Made by a program: the position numbers and the translations under genes. A DNA stretch of 64,000 nucleotides from Obrimoposthia wandeli (taxonomy: Eukaryota), in assembly GCA_977020255.1 (NCBI GenBank), contig CDROCS010003840.1, positions 124,001 through 188,000 on the forward strand, written 5' to 3'. This document shows positions 9,327-21,049 of this stretch, piece by piece. The notes beneath the pieces are model-generated. The model saw only the letters and a program-made list of their open reading frames with translations. It was not told where the DNA came from and searched no databases. Numbering within the stretch: the stretch's first letter is position 1; the number at the start of each line of letters is the position of its first letter.

Positions 9327-10664
9327 CTATAGCACCATTGATGCTAACCAACCAAATGCGATAAGTGGCAGGTTGTAGTGTAGGAAAGTTGGAACCACTG
9401 TTTCCCAAACGTGTTCGTGCTGACCATCAGCATTCAAACCCGCTGTAGGCCCTAACGTTGAGTCAGATGCCGGTGAACCCGCATCACCCAACGCAGCCGC
9501 TGTACCGACAAGTGCGATTGTCGCCATTGGTGAGAAACCAAAGGTTAGACACAAAGGAACATAAATCGTGGCAAGAATAGGGATGGTTGAGAACGAAGAA
9601 CCAATGCCCATCGTCACAAACAGGCCAACAACCAGCATCAATAATGCCGCTAATGGTTTGTTATCCCCAATAACGGTAGCAAGAGAACTAACCAGTGTTT
9701 CAACACCACCTGTTGCTTTCATTACTGAAGCAAAACCAGCAGCTGCAATCATGATAAAGCCGATCATTGCCATCATGTGTACACCTTTTGTGAACACATC
9801 ATGCGTTTCTTTCCACTTAATCACGCCACCAAATGTGAACACCATGAAACCCGCGAGACCACCAATAATCATTGAGCCACTGTATAGCTGAGCACCTAGC
9901 GCAGCAAAAATAGCGACCACTGCGATATAGACATGGCGCAGGTTAATCTCTTTATGTTCAGGCTCATTGGCTAGAATTTTCTCTTCAGAATATTCACGTG
10001 GTTTACGGTAAGTGACAAACGTCGCCAAAAGTAAGCCAAAAATCATACCAGCGGCGGGTAAAAGCATTGCTATTGGTACTTGGCTTGCTGTGACATCTAG
10101 CCCGTTATCATGCAGGTTCTTTAACAAAATGTTGTTAAGGAAGATACCGCCAAAGCCAACGGGTAGAACCATATAAGGCGTTACTAAACCAAACGTTAGT
10201 ACACATGCGATTAAACGACGGTCTAATTTTAACTTAGCAAAAACATGCAGTAGCGGTGGAATAACAATTGGAATAAACGCGATATGCACCGGAATAACGT
10301 TCTGAGAAGAGATAGCCAGTAAAACTAAAATGATAAGAACGCTATATTTCACGCCAGTTGCTGCCGCTGCATTTTCATGCCCACTAATACGTTTAATGAC
10401 TTTTTGAGCCAATACATCAGTAATACCAGAGCGGGAAATTGCGACAGCAAAAGTACCGAGCATTGCGTAGCTTAATGCTGTTGTAGCACCGCCACCTAAG
10501 CCGCCTTCAAATGCAGATACTGCTTCGGTTAATGGCATGCCGCCAATTAAGCCACCGATTATGGCACTAAAGGTAAGCGCAACTACTACATTAACCCGCA
10601 TTAGTGCGAGTAAAAGCATGACGCATACCGAAATTACTACAGGGTTCATAAAACTAAGATCCAT
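9327..10664 (-). CDS. YuiF-like Na+/H+ antiporter family transporter (putative amino acid permease)
   Basis: [11 protein letters not shown] and [15 protein letters not shown] motifs; multi-TM protein. Confidence 0.8.
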   Translation of the reverse strand: MDLSFMNPVVISVCVMLLLALMRVNVVVALTFSAIIGGLIGGMPLTEAVSAFEGGLGGGATTALSYAMLGTFAVAISRSGITDVLAQKVIKRISGHENAAAATGVKYSVLIILVLLAISSQNVIPVHIAFIPIVIPPLLHVFAKLKLDRRLIACVLTFGLVTPYMVLPVGFGGIFLNNILLKNLHDNGLDVTASQVPIAMLLPAAGMIFGLLLATFVTYRKPREYSEEKILANEPEHKEINLRHVYIAVVAIFAALGAQLYSGSMIIGGLAGFMVFTFGGVIKWKETHDVFTKGVHMMAMIGFIMIAAAGFASVMKATGGVETLVSSLATVIGDNKPLAALLMLVVGLFVTMGIGSSFSTIPILATIYVPLCLTFGFSPMATIALVGTAAALGDAGSPASDSTLGPTAGLNADGQHEHVWETVVPTFLHYNLPLIAFGWLASMVL

Positions 10665-10953
10665 CGTTGTGTTATGTCATAGGTGAAAAGCAGAGAATTG
10701 TTAATTGTGTGATGCACATAATTATTTTTCTCATTTTTTTATTATATTTTGAGCTGTTCTACTCAAAACAATCAGTTTGCTGGATTTTTTACACATGTCG
10801 AGGAAAAAGTGATACTCGTACGGAATTTTATTAGCATTGTGCCAAGTGTCTTAGTCTTGTCATCTTCTCGACGTTATACTGAAATTTACTGTATTGGTAG
10901 ACAGAACAAAACGTTACTGTCGATTTCAATGTTAAAAGTTAATGGAGTTAACC

Positions 10954-11559
10954 ATGAGTGTATTAGTAGGTCGTTCGGCACCTGATTTTACTGCAGCCGC
11001 AGTGCTTGGTAATGGTGAAATTGTTGATAGCTACAACTTGTTTGAAAATATTAAAGGTAAAGCCGCGGTTATTTTCTTCTATCCGTTAGATTTTACGTTT
11101 GTATGCCCATCAGAATTGATTGCCTTTGATAAGCGTTATGCTGATTTCCAAAGCAAAGGTGTAGAGGTTATTGGCGTATCTATTGATTCTCAGTTTTCAC
11201 ATAACGCATGGCGTAATACGCTGGTGGAAGATGGCGGCATTGGCGAAGTACAGTACCCATTAATTGCAGATACCAAGCATGAGATTTGCAAAGCTTACGA
11301 TGTTGAACATCCTGAAGCGGGCGTTGCGTTCCGTGGTTCATTCTTGATCGACAAAGAAGGCATGGTTCGCCACCAAGTAGTAAATGACTTACCTCTAGGC
11401 CGTAATATTGACGAAATGCTACGCATGGTTGATGCCCTTCAATTCCATGAAGAACATGGCGAAGTATGTCCAGCGCAGTGGGAAAAAGGCAAAGAAGGTA
11501 TGGATGCATCACCAGCAGGTGTCGCGGCATACTTATCAGAGCATACTGACGATTTGTAA
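10954..11559 (+). CDS. 2-Cys peroxiredoxin (AhpC/TsaA family)
   Basis: FTFVCPSE and EVCP motifs. ATG at 10954 follows GGAG. Confidence 0.93.
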   Translation: MSVLVGRSAPDFTAAAVLGNGEIVDSYNLFENIKGKAAVIFFYPLDFTFVCPSELIAFDKRYADFQSKGVEVIGVSIDSQFSHNAWRNTLVEDGGIGEVQYPLIADTKHEICKAYDVEHPEAGVAFRGSFLIDKEGMVRHQVVNDLPLGRNIDEMLRMVDALQFHEEHGEVCPAQWEKGKEGMDASPAGVAAYLSEHTDDL

Positions 11560-11621
11560 TCGTATTGGTGTGACGTGTCAAAAGTGTTCATACATTTTGG
11601 GCGAGAGACATAGATAAAAAG

Positions 11622-11649
11622 AAGGCTAGCCACATGGGCTAGCCTTTTT
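11622..11649 (+). terminator. Intrinsic terminator of the peroxiredoxin gene and intron target site
   Basis: 10-bp perfect stem AAGGCTAGCC/GGCTAGCCTT followed by a T tract. Confidence 0.85.
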
Positions 11650-11651
11650 GT

Positions 11652-13719
11652 GTTTGCTCGGCGAAGCCAGCAAACCCGTCTGCTTGAAAGAAAGCAGAAT
11701 CACCCAGACTGAGGGGAAGATAATCCGAATGGCAAGGGCGTCATTGGCCAACGATGAGGTCTGAAGGAAGCCATAGGAAGTTAGAGGTACATAACGCAAG
11801 TGAACCCATATGTGGCGGGATTGGTGGGTAAGTGTCCGCAATAGCACGAAGCCCGATACTCAGACAAACCAATCACGTGAAAGGGATGGGATCTCTAACA
11901 GGGACTGGTGCAGTATCCGAGGAAGCTGGCATCAACTCCAGCATTGGAAGCATAAGCACAAGTGATTCAAGGTTTATGTCGGTGTGAGGTGGCAGATGAA
12001 CCCGTAGTAGTGAGTAAGGCTAGGCCTGTGAAAGCCAGCAATGGTGTGGAGGACAAAACTGAGCCGACCAGCAGCAAAGCGTGTGCTGTACCTAACTTCT
12101 GCCAATAGCTATGTGGGTTGCGAATGGGGGTAGTAATCTTTAATACTCTGAAGAGTAGCCAAAAACCTAAACACGTGCGCAGGCTGCCGATTAGGCGGGG
12201 AATCCTCCCAATGGCAAAGAGTGAAATCGGCGCGATGGCTAGGAGCTTAGGGAGTAGTCATTCCTACTCATTGGAGGCAAGAAGGCGGGCAGATTGCGAA
12301 ATGCTAGAACACCTACCTGCGGTGACGAAACAAACCGAACTGACTTGGAAATAGCGAATGGACAGTGATGTGAGACAGTAACCGTGCGAGTATATTACAG
12401 CCTTTATGGACGCATGCTATCACTGCAAGCGCTTTATGTGGGATTCAGAAAAGTGTGGAAAAACAAAGGCGCTCCCGGCGTAGACGGGCAGTGCGTAAGA
12501 TTTTGCGCAAGATCTGAAAGTAACCTCAAACAGTTACTGCTTGAACTGCAAGAAAGCGGTATCAACCGCAACCCGTTAAGCGCGTCGAGATCCCAAAAGA
12601 TGACGGCGGCATACGTTTATTGGGGATCCGCAGTTCGAGATCGAATTGTTCAACAATGTCTATCGACATCATGACCCCATCTTCGATCGACTTTCATCCA
12701 TCAAGTTATGGATATCGTCTATAGGAGTTGTCATCAGGCTGAACATCAGTAAAGCCACGATGTTTATACGCCAGTATGGCGTCGACATGTGGTGGATATG
12801 GATCCGTCGAAATGCTTTGATATGCTCGATCATGACCTGATCATCCAATCAGTCAAACGACGTATCACAGACGGCAGTATGGCTGATAGATAAATTCTGA
12901 AAAGTGGGTCATGATAGGTGACGGTTGGCAGAAAAGTGAGCTGAGAAGCCCACAAGGTGGCGTGTTCAGTCCACTGCTTGCCAATATTTATCTCGATGCC
13001 TTTGATCAAGACATGAAGAAGCGAAATCACCGAATAGTGCGCTACGCTGACGATATTCTGATCTTGTGCTGCACGCAAGCTGCCGCCGAATGCGAGAAAA
13101 GTCGCCAGTCATATCTTGAAAAGCAACTGAAGCTAAAGAGTGAATGAACGCAAAACTCATATCGCCCACAGTGACGAAGGGGTTAAATTTCTTGGCGTTG
13201 TGATAGGGACACACTCTACACGGATACAAGAAAAGAAGTTCAACCACTTTAAAGCCAAAGTAAAGCGGCTCACCCGACGAAACAGTGGAAAGAACTTAGC
13301 CATGGTGCTTAAAGAACTGAATCCTGTTTTGAGAGGAACCGTCAACTACTTTAAGATAGCGAATATAAGCCGAAAGTTAACCCAATTAGCGGGATGGATA
13401 AGGCGTAGGCTGAGGCGTTTACAATTAAAGTTGTGGAAGAAGCCGATGAAACTGCATCGGAGATTGAAACAGCTTGGTTATAAGCCGCCATTCAAGTTTA
13501 TGACGATGGACTCATGGAAAAATGCCGCGAGTCCATTATCCCACTATGCCATGCCGAATCAATGGTTCAAGGAAATTGGCTTATATGCGATAGACGAAGT
13601 GAAAACAGGGATCTTGCTCCCTGTAAGATAGGGAATAGAAGACTACAGGAGCCGTATACGAGGTCCGTACGTACGGTTCTGTGAGAGGGATGAGGCGGTA
13701 ACGCCTCACCCTACTCGAT
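11652..13719 (+). mobile_element. Group II intron, IIC-like (terminator-targeting)
   Basis: 5' end GTTTGCTCGGC aligns to the IIC-type GTGCGCCCGGC. Domain V GAGCCGTATACG...CGTACGGTTC at 13649-13679. Domain VI ends CCTACTCGAT. RT ORF inside. Boundaries are approximate to a few nt. Confidence 0.9.
12384..13631 (+). pseudogene. ltrA: Intron-encoded reverse transcriptase/maturase, multiply frameshifted as given; no endonuclease domain
   Basis: Fragments in different frames: KGAPGVDG, R(V)EIPKDDGG, SPQGGVFSPLLANIYLD, RYADD (TAC at 13043), FLG and maturase LNPVLRG. Confidence 0.88.
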
Positions 13720-13736
13720 TTGATCCTTGTCAGCTA

Positions 13737-16154
13737 CTAAGGTGTAGCATCTAGGACATTATTACTGTTATCGACAGCTAATACTGTGCCATCACCATTT
13801 AATAAAGAAGCGACTTCTGACTGCATTTCTAGCATGACAGTTGGGTTATCGTTCAATAAAAATGTTGAATGGGTGCCAGCATTAAATAATGCAGCGCTAC
13901 GTACCGTTGTACCATTGATATCGGTTGTCGTTGGTGTCAGAGACATCGTCTTCAATAATGGTAACGTGCCACCAAATGGCGAGTACGGTTGTAGGATCGC
14001 TGTACCTGTTACTACCTCACCAGCTATCAATTTGTTTGGTATGGTTTCATCATCTTTAACTTGTGCAAGGTAGATAGGGAGATCTGATGCAATTAAAGGA
14101 GAGTGTGTGATTGGATCGATAGCGTCAAGAACGGTTTGAGCAGCATAAGCAAATTGACTGAAATCTGCGTACATTTTTGTCAAAGTCGCTGTAGATACGT
14201 CATCCCCTTTAGCAATTAGGCTAGCTTCATAATTGGCATAACAGGTAGCGTTATCCAATGGTTTTGCCTTACAACCATCTTTAAATTGGCTATTTTGTTC
14301 TGCAACAAGATTACCTTTTACAAAGTTACCAAAACTTTTAGATCCTAAGAGTAGATAGCTAATACTTGCGCCAGGATTGGCGAGTGCCAGTTTATTAAAG
14401 TTAAAGAAAGCGGCATCAGCTTGCGGATCGCCCACCGATTTATTAGATACATACCCAACATTAATACCAGTCATTGCACCCAATGAATGACCGACAAAAC
14501 CAACACCTTTCGTTGGGTCTAACGTTGCGAGAAGACCTAAAGAGCCAATTGCCGTTGGATCTTGTGTAGCCAATGTCGCGAATACCTTACCGATTGCTGC
14601 ACGTAAGTTAATTACATCAATAGCACTCTGACGAAGGTTATCACGGGCTACGGTGAGTGAAGCAAGATTTAAATACATCTCTGGCTTGCCAGTAGAAGCA
14701 CTACCAACGCCGGGGATGCCACGAGTTCCATGTAATGGATGATCAATTGCGAAGATCGCTTGGCATCCGGTACCTATAATATTATCCGCAAGTGTCGTTA
14801 CTTTGAGTGGTTCTTTTGAGCTGGTAATGCCATGTTGATAGATAGTAACAGCGTTTGAAGCTGGAGCTTGGCACTGCGCATCCTTAGGTAGAATTAATGT
14901 ATATTTTACTTCTTGAACTGATTTGAGTTTTGGTACTGGGCTGTAACGCGTAATTAAGCGTTCGGTATCCAATTGCTTACCATCGGCCAGCGTTAACGTT
15001 GCACCAGTGAGCGCTGCAAGTACTTTGACTTGTGTTGCTGCATCCGTCGAGACGTTTGCTAAATCTTCTGTCGTGATACCAAGTGCGCCAAGTTGAGTGG
15101 CAATGGCTGCTTTATCGGCATCAGTGCCATTGGATAGCGTATATTTAATTTTTGCTAGGCTTGGCATACCACTTTGCCAAGGAGTTACAGAAAAAGTGGT
15201 TGGCGCAACTTCTAGGAAATAAGGTAATGAAACTGTGCCTTTATATATTCGTCCAGTCCCCATAGGTGTATCAGCGGTTGTATCTACAGGATTTGAAAGA
15301 GTGAAGAGGCCATCGAGTTGAACTTCTGTGACAGAACTGCTAACTGCCGATCCTTTCCAAACTGTATTTGCACCATTTTTAAGCGAGAGGGCTGTTGCTG
15401 ATTTTGCAGCGTAAAGAACATCACCTGCAGAAGCTGTTGTGAACCAACTGCTGAAAATAATTTCATTGCTGGCCACGCCAGCAGTATCAAATTCTTTTTC
15501 TGTTGCCTGAACAATAACTTGCGCTGGTAAAAGGGCATCTGAGGGTGGCTTGTTGGTCGATTTCAATACTGCGTATGAATTTGACATCCCCACACTATTA
15601 CCTTTGCTGTCTTTCAAAGCACCAGTAATCGCAAACATATAGTTGCTAGAAGGATTTAATGGTTTTGTTAAGACAACGGTTAATGTTGTACCTGATGTAG
15701 TTACTACAAAATCACCATTAGCGACAGATAACGTTACTGGTTGAGTATTATCTGCACTGTTTGTTGGATCTTTTGAGGCAACCATAAAGAAGCCATCAGC
15801 GGCAGTTGTAGGTTCGAGATCGTTACCAATAAATTTAATGATGAAAGGTTGTGTTGGGCTCCAACCATCAGTTTTACCCATTGCGACAGCTGGGTCGCCA
15901 AGATCGGTTGGATCATCAGCTGTGCTTTCAACACTAAGCGTACCATCTGTTGAATCCATAGCTAAGAAAGTAGGAGTAACAACTACTGGGTTTGAAGGAT
16001 CAGATATTAAATCAAAATTGATCTTTGTTTCGGCTTTTAAACTTTTTGCAATATCTGGGTCAATGGTCGCTTTACCCTCTAGACTAGTTTCATCACCACA
16101 GCCATATAGTCCTAAACTTGAAGCAATTAATAGCGCTAATAAATTCTTATTCAT
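13737..16154 (-). CDS. VolA/Pla-1 family surface lipoprotein lipase
   Basis: Lipobox LYGC, YQHGIT, IDHPLHG and GHSLG nucleophile; lies downstream of a fadL homolog as in Vibrio volA-fadL2. Confidence 0.85.
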   Translation of the reverse strand: MNKNLLALLIASSLGLYGCGDETSLEGKATIDPDIAKSLKAETKINFDLISDPSNPVVVTPTFLAMDSTDGTLSVESTADDPTDLGDPAVAMGKTDGWSPTQPFIIKFIGNDLEPTTAADGFFMVASKDPTNSADNTQPVTLSVANGDFVVTTSGTTLTVVLTKPLNPSSNYMFAITGALKDSKGNSVGMSNSYAVLKSTNKPPSDALLPAQVIVQATEKEFDTAGVASNEIIFSSWFTTASAGDVLYAAKSATALSLKNGANTVWKGSAVSSSVTEVQLDGLFTLSNPVDTTADTPMGTGRIYKGTVSLPYFLEVAPTTFSVTPWQSGMPSLAKIKYTLSNGTDADKAAIATQLGALGITTEDLANVSTDAATQVKVLAALTGATLTLADGKQLDTERLITRYSPVPKLKSVQEVKYTLILPKDAQCQAPASNAVTIYQHGITSSKEPLKVTTLADNIIGTGCQAIFAIDHPLHGTRGIPGVGSASTGKPEMYLNLASLTVARDNLRQSAIDVINLRAAIGKVFATLATQDPTAIGSLGLLATLDPTKGVGFVGHSLGAMTGINVGYVSNKSVGDPQADAAFFNFNKLALANPGASISYLLLGSKSFGNFVKGNLVAEQNSQFKDGCKAKPLDNATCYANYEASLIAKGDDVSTATLTKMYADFSQFAYAAQTVLDAIDPITHSPLIASDLPIYLAQVKDDETIPNKLIAGEVVTGTAILQPYSPFGGTLPLLKTMSLTPTTTDINGTTVRSAALFNAGTHSTFLLNDNPTVMLEMQSEVASLLNGDGTVLAVDNSNNVLDATP

Positions 16155-16207
16155 ATTGGAATCCTTTCTTTCAAATCATCTGATGGTGTATCTACACCAA
16201 TAAATTT

Positions 16208-17455
16208 CTAGAATGTGTAGTTCATTTGTGCGGCACTAATAATGGCGCCACCGGATGAAGTGAAAGTGCTGCCATCTTCTTCGAAGGTGCCTTCTTTTCC
16301 GTATAGGTAAGTCAGGCCGAGATCAAATGACATGTTTGGGCTGTAGGTGTAAGTTGCGCCAGCTGAGTACCAATAACGATCGGTATCAGGGATACTTAAA
16401 GTTGCTTGACCTGCTTGCTCGTCAAACGCAAAACCAGTACGTACTGTCCACGTTGGGTTGATAGTGTATGTCGCACCTAATGCATAGCGGAAAGTGTCTT
16501 CGTAATCTTCTTCTTTTAGCAAACAAGTACCTGATTCACCGTTATAACCTGGTGAACATTCGTTACTTGTTGCTTTTAATTCTTCAAATTTGCTGTATTG
16601 CGTCCATTGAACGCTGTAGTGCACGGCCCATTGATTGTTTAACTGGTGGAAGCCTGAGAACTCAGCAATGGCAGGTAATACTACTGGTAGCTTACCGGTT
16701 ATGGTGTTATTGGGTGTACCTGTAATCGCACCAAGGTAGTCAGTGAAGTCACCTTCAAACTCGAGATCCACTTGTGAACGGTAGCTGAGACCGAAACGGT
16801 TGTTTTCGTTGTATTCGTATAAGGCACCAATGTTCCAACCCCAATCAAAGGTATCTCCTTTCATGCTGATGGTTTTGTCGCTGGGGCTAGAGTTAGGAAC
16901 TGCAGCAGAAAGTGAGCCAAGATGACGGTTTAATTCAGCATCGCCATACACCAAGCTTACGCCACCACCAATACTGAAATTTTCATTGATACGGTAAGCG
17001 ATATTTGGGTTGAAGTTGACGGTAATCAATGATGTTTCACCAGCGGAAGATCCCGCGTTAAAATCGGTTGGATACTCGGTGGTTACGCCATAGTTGGAAA
17101 AGAGTGCCAAGCCAACAGCGAAGCGATCATTGATTGGTTGAATGTAGTAACCTGATGGTACAAAAGCGACGGGCGCAACATCTTTAGCTGTTTGGCCAAA
17201 GCTTTTATCTTCAACATCGACACTAGGGTCAACAATACTGAATCCACCTGAAATTTCAGCTGTTTTGAAAAGGGTCATTGCGGCGGGGTTACGTGAAAGT
17301 ACGGCGGCGTTATCAGCGATAGCTGCATCACCTGCGAATGCTCGACCAAGACCTGATGCTGAATGTTCTGAAACTTGAAATCCAGCGCCATGTGCTGTTG
17401 TTGATATTAATGCTGCTGTAATGGCAAGTGCTGTATATCTAACTTTTACGGACAT
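16208..17455 (-). CDS. fadL: FadL-family long-chain fatty acid outer membrane transporter
   Basis: AGFQVSEHSASGLGRAFAG, NPA motif, IPDTDR and C-terminal YTF. Confidence 0.92.
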   Translation of the reverse strand: MSVKVRYTALAITAALISTTAHGAGFQVSEHSASGLGRAFAGDAAIADNAAVLSRNPAAMTLFKTAEISGGFSIVDPSVDVEDKSFGQTAKDVAPVAFVPSGYYIQPINDRFAVGLALFSNYGVTTEYPTDFNAGSSAGETSLITVNFNPNIAYRINENFSIGGGVSLVYGDAELNRHLGSLSAAVPNSSPSDKTISMKGDTFDWGWNIGALYEYNENNRFGLSYRSQVDLEFEGDFTDYLGAITGTPNNTITGKLPVVLPAIAEFSGFHQLNNQWAVHYSVQWTQYSKFEELKATSNECSPGYNGESGTCLLKEEDYEDTFRYALGATYTINPTWTVRTGFAFDEQAGQATLSIPDTDRYWYSAGATYTYSPNMSFDLGLTYLYGKEGTFEEDGSTFTSSGGAIISAAQMNYTF

Positions 17456-17886
17456 TATACTGCCTCTCTATTCACTTCTGTATTTAGCTTCTTGTTCTTC
17501 ATTCCATGAAGGAAAAACAACTCAATTTTATTGAGTTTCAACAATGTTCAGATACATAGAGCCATGTTAAGCGCGCTGAAAGGAAAGGATGCTATCTAGG
17601 TATAGATGCGTCATATCCATATGATGCAAAGTGATTATGCTTGCGCGATTAGTCTCTCATGGGAATTGTCTGAAACAATATGAAACACTGTTATTGAGTA
17701 TAAAGAGGAAATGCTGAAATGTTAACCCAATGTAAATCATTGTTTTTGGTATTGATGGACAATTGAGCGCCATTCGATTGCGCGGTGTTTGAAACGGCTG
17801 TTTTAAATGAAACGAGCGTTTAGAATTGTAATTCTAAAAGCCCAGCAGTACTGGGCTCGTAGGAGGTCTGATGAGTTTTGGTTGTT

Positions 17887-18558
17887 TTAATTTTGAGACT
17901 TATCAATTTCTTCTGTTTGAGATTCAAAAAGCGGCCATCCGCCTAATTTCTTCCATTTGTTAACAATCTCACAAAACAGTTCTGCTGTTCGCTCGGTATC
18001 ATAGAGGGCAGAGTGTGCTTCTTTGTTATCAAATGCGATTCCAGCCGTTTTACATGCTTTTGCTAAAACGGTTTGACCGAACGCTAAACCACTCAATGCG
18101 GCAGTATCGAAAGTGGCAAAGGGGTGGAAAGGGTTGCGTTTTAGATGGGCACGTTCTGATGCTTCCATTACAAAGCTATGATCGAAGTTAGCATTATGCG
18201 CGACCATGATTGCACGTGAGCAATCCTCCGCTTTTTGTTCTTTACGTATTTGCTTATAGATTTCTTTTAATGCCGTTTCTTCAGACACAGCGCCACGTAA
18301 TGGGCTGAACGGGTCACGAATGCCATTAAATTCTAATGCTTCTTTATGTAAAACGGCGCCTTCAAAGGGGGCGACATGAAAATGAATGGTTGAAGCCGGT
18401 TTTAACCAACCATCGTCGTCCATTTGTAATGTAACGGCACAGATCTCAAGTAAGGCATCCGTTTTGGCATTAAAGCCGGCAGTCTCAACGTCAATGACCA
18501 CGGGAAAGTAGCCGCGGAAGCGACTTTTTAATGTATTTAGTTCGTTTTGTTCGCTCAT
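17887..18558 (-). CDS. rnt: Ribonuclease T
   Basis: [17 protein letters not shown] and [15 protein letters not shown] (DEDDh). Confidence 0.96.
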   Translation of the reverse strand: MSEQNELNTLKSRFRGYFPVVIDVETAGFNAKTDALLEICAVTLQMDDDGWLKPASTIHFHVAPFEGAVLHKEALEFNGIRDPFSPLRGAVSEETALKEIYKQIRKEQKAEDCSRAIMVAHNANFDHSFVMEASERAHLKRNPFHPFATFDTAALSGLAFGQTVLAKACKTAGIAFDNKEAHSALYDTERTAELFCEIVNKWKKLGGWPLFESQTEEIDKSQN

Positions 18559-18728
18559 AACACTGCTGTCGATAAAAAAGAGGGGGGCATTATGTCAGAT
18601 TCAGAAGTCTAGCTAAACCTTCTGATTACAAATGTTCATGATCTCGCAGTGATAGGCTAAAGATTTTTGAATTAAATTCGATACAATAGAGAGTAGTGAA
18701 AAAGCCCCGTTGTTAGATTTGGAAAAGC

Positions 18729-19619
18729 ATGAATACATTTTTTAAAATTGTTTGTTTAAATGCTTCAGTATTAACGAGCTTAGTATTAAGTCCGTCAGTC
18801 ATGGCAGCGAAACAATATGTGGCGACACCGGCACAATCGAGCTGGAAAGTTGCAGTAGATACGCCACTTGAATGCCGTATGATTCATGCTATTCCTAGTT
18901 ATGGTGAGGGGCAGTTCACGTCAAAGGCTGGGAAAAAAATCAATTTAGATTTCGAGCTTAAAATGCGCCGTCCGATGGGTGAAACGCGCAATGTTAATTT
19001 AGTGTCAATGCCTGCACGTTGGATGCCTGGTGAAGCGGCTGAACCGATAACGCGTATCCAATTTTTTAAACAGTTTGATGGTTACGTCGGTGGTCAAATG
19101 GCATGGGCAATGTTGTCTGAGCTTGAAATCGGGCGATATCCTACGTTCAGTTATAACGATTGGCAACACCGAGATAAAATGATTGAAGTGGGGCTTTCTG
19201 CGGTGTCATTCCAAGCGCCATATCAGCAATTCAGTTTATGCTTAGACAACCTACTTCCTTACAGCTTTGAAGATATCGCTTTTACTGTATTGCATTATGA
19301 TATGGACAGTGATGAATTGAACAAACCTTCTCAGCGGCGTTTAGCTCAAATTACAGATTTTGTGCGTTACAGTGATGACATTGATTTAGTATTGCTAGCG
19401 ACTTACAGTGATTCTACTGGGGGCACCAACGTGAATCAGAGTTTATCTGAACGTCGTGCAAAGAAACTAGAAGAATACTTTATGTCGTTAGGGCTACCTA
19501 AAAATCGTATTCAAGTCGAAGCGTATGGTAAGCGTCGTCCAATTGCTGATAACGATAGCCCAATAGGGCGAAATAAAAACCGTCGTGTTGTTATCTCGTT
19601 GGGTAGAACAATCATTTAA
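18729..19619 (+). CDS. motY: Sodium-type flagellar motor protein MotY
   Basis: TPLEC...HAIP N-domain and C-terminal OmpA-like domain (RNKNRRV). Confidence 0.92.
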   Translation: MNTFFKIVCLNASVLTSLVLSPSVMAAKQYVATPAQSSWKVAVDTPLECRMIHAIPSYGEGQFTSKAGKKINLDFELKMRRPMGETRNVNLVSMPARWMPGEAAEPITRIQFFKQFDGYVGGQMAWAMLSELEIGRYPTFSYNDWQHRDKMIEVGLSAVSFQAPYQQFSLCLDNLLPYSFEDIAFTVLHYDMDSDELNKPSQRRLAQITDFVRYSDDIDLVLLATYSDSTGGTNVNQSLSERRAKKLEEYFMSLGLPKNRIQVEAYGKRRPIADNDSPIGRNKNRRVVISLGRTII

Positions 19620-19719
19620 TACGTATTTCGCTACAGCTGGTGGCTTACTGAGGATAATAGAAAGAGTTTCGGGTTTAGGTGCGAAACTCTTTTTTTTTAC
19701 CCGCAAGAATGAATTGGTA

Positions 19720-20163
19720 TTAATGCAGGCGGAACTTCGCGATTAATTCACATTGATTACTAGTACTGATGTGAGAGAGCTGCTTTGCGATAATAGGGTT
19801 TGGGTGACGTTTTAGAAATTCAACTAAAGCAGAGCGACAACAGCCTAGGGTTTCAATAAAAGCATCACACTCTTTTCTTGGGCATTGTGGAATTAGTGAC
19901 ATCACTTGTTCAGACGCAAGCTGAAGGTATTTAAGCTCATAATCACTGTCTCCATTTTTACGCCAAAAATCGGCAAGATTATGGCATGAAACCACTTTAA
20001 TGGTAAGCAGGTCTTCTAATTCATCACGCGTACCATGAATCGGTTCAAGTTGCTGAGATTCAGCTAAAGCAAGTTGATAATGAATAATAGACATCATAGG
20101 TTTGTTATTATTTTCGGCTTCCGTTGCTAGTAGGGTATGTGTTTCCCACCTTGAAACGTCCAT
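19720..20163 (-). CDS. DUF2753-like protein
   Basis: WETHTLLA, VVSCHNLADFWR, LKYLQLASE and LGCC pattern, recalled from Vibrionaceae proteins. Confidence 0.7.
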   Translation of the reverse strand: MDVSRWETHTLLATEAENNNKPMMSIIHYQLALAESQQLEPIHGTRDELEDLLTIKVVSCHNLADFWRKNGDSDYELKYLQLASEQVMSLIPQCPRKECDAFIETLGCCRSALVEFLKRHPNPIIAKQLSHISTSNQCELIAKFRLH

Positions 20164-20274
20164 GGTCTTTCCCTTTTGTTACCCCAGCGTGAATCCAAAG
20201 GGGACGTGATATTAACAGTGACTGATACCAATCAGTATCAGTCATTGAGGTTATTTGTGAACGAAAGACGCTGA

Positions 20275-20886
20275 TTATTGCTGCAAGATAGCTAAGTAGT
20301 GCAGTGAGACTTGCTCCCAATCGACCACATTCCACCAAGCATTAATATAATCAGGACGTTTATTTTGATAGCTGATGTAATAAGCATGTTCCCATACATC
20401 AAGGGCTAGAATTGGCTCGCCATGCTTATCAACAATATCCATCAAAGGGTTGTCTTGATTGTTTGTTGCTGAGATCTCTAATCGACCTTCTACAACTGAA
20501 AGCCAAATAAATCCTGAACCAAAGTGGTTTGCTGCCGCATTAGAAAATTCTTCTTTAAATAATTCAAAACTACCGAAGTGGCTGTAAATTGCTTCAGCGA
20601 GTAAACCTGAAGGTTGGCTACCTCCTGTTGGTGACATACATTGCCAGTAAAGATTATGGTTAAAGAAACCGCCACCATGGTTTCTTACCGCTGGTGAATG
20701 TGATGAGACATCGGCAAAAATAGTATGCAGTGACTGGGTTTCAAGCTCTGTTCCGGCAATGGCAGCAATGAACTTATCAAAGTACGTTTTGTGATGACGG
20801 CTATAGTGGATCTCTACCGTTTTTGCATCGATAAAAGGTTCAAGTGCATCATAGGCATAAGGTAATTTTGGAAAGCTAAAAGGCAT
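20275..20886 (-). CDS. sodA: Mn-type superoxide dismutase
   Basis: RNHGGG and NQDNP (Mn-type residues); DVWEHAYY. Confidence 0.85.
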   Translation of the reverse strand: MPFSFPKLPYAYDALEPFIDAKTVEIHYSRHHKTYFDKFIAAIAGTELETQSLHTIFADVSSHSPAVRNHGGGFFNHNLYWQCMSPTGGSQPSGLLAEAIYSHFGSFELFKEEFSNAAANHFGSGFIWLSVVEGRLEISATNNQDNPLMDIVDKHGEPILALDVWEHAYYISYQNKRPDYINAWWNVVDWEQVSLHYLAILQQ

Positions 20887-20917
20887 AGAAGGAACTCCCT
20901 TGATTATTCACATATAT

Positions 20918-20936
20918 GGTAATGATAATTAATCGC
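20918..20936. promoter_or_regulatory. Fur box upstream of sodA
   Basis: GGTAATGATAATTAATCGC, 14/19 to GATAATGATAATCATTATC. Confidence 0.65.
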
Positions 20937-21049
20937 ATTAACAACCATAACTTTTTTGAGATTATTTACTATGATTAGGTTGGGCTCGGTGATGAGTGCA
21001 GTAAAAATCATTGCTGAAACATATAACTAAGAAGAAAGAGTGGTGTGAT

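Noticed and set aside
12384-13631. RT as a retron, DGR or Abi defence system
   Set aside because: Domain V/VI, the maturase region and terminator targeting identify a group II intron. No msr-msd, TR/VR pair or effector gene is seen.
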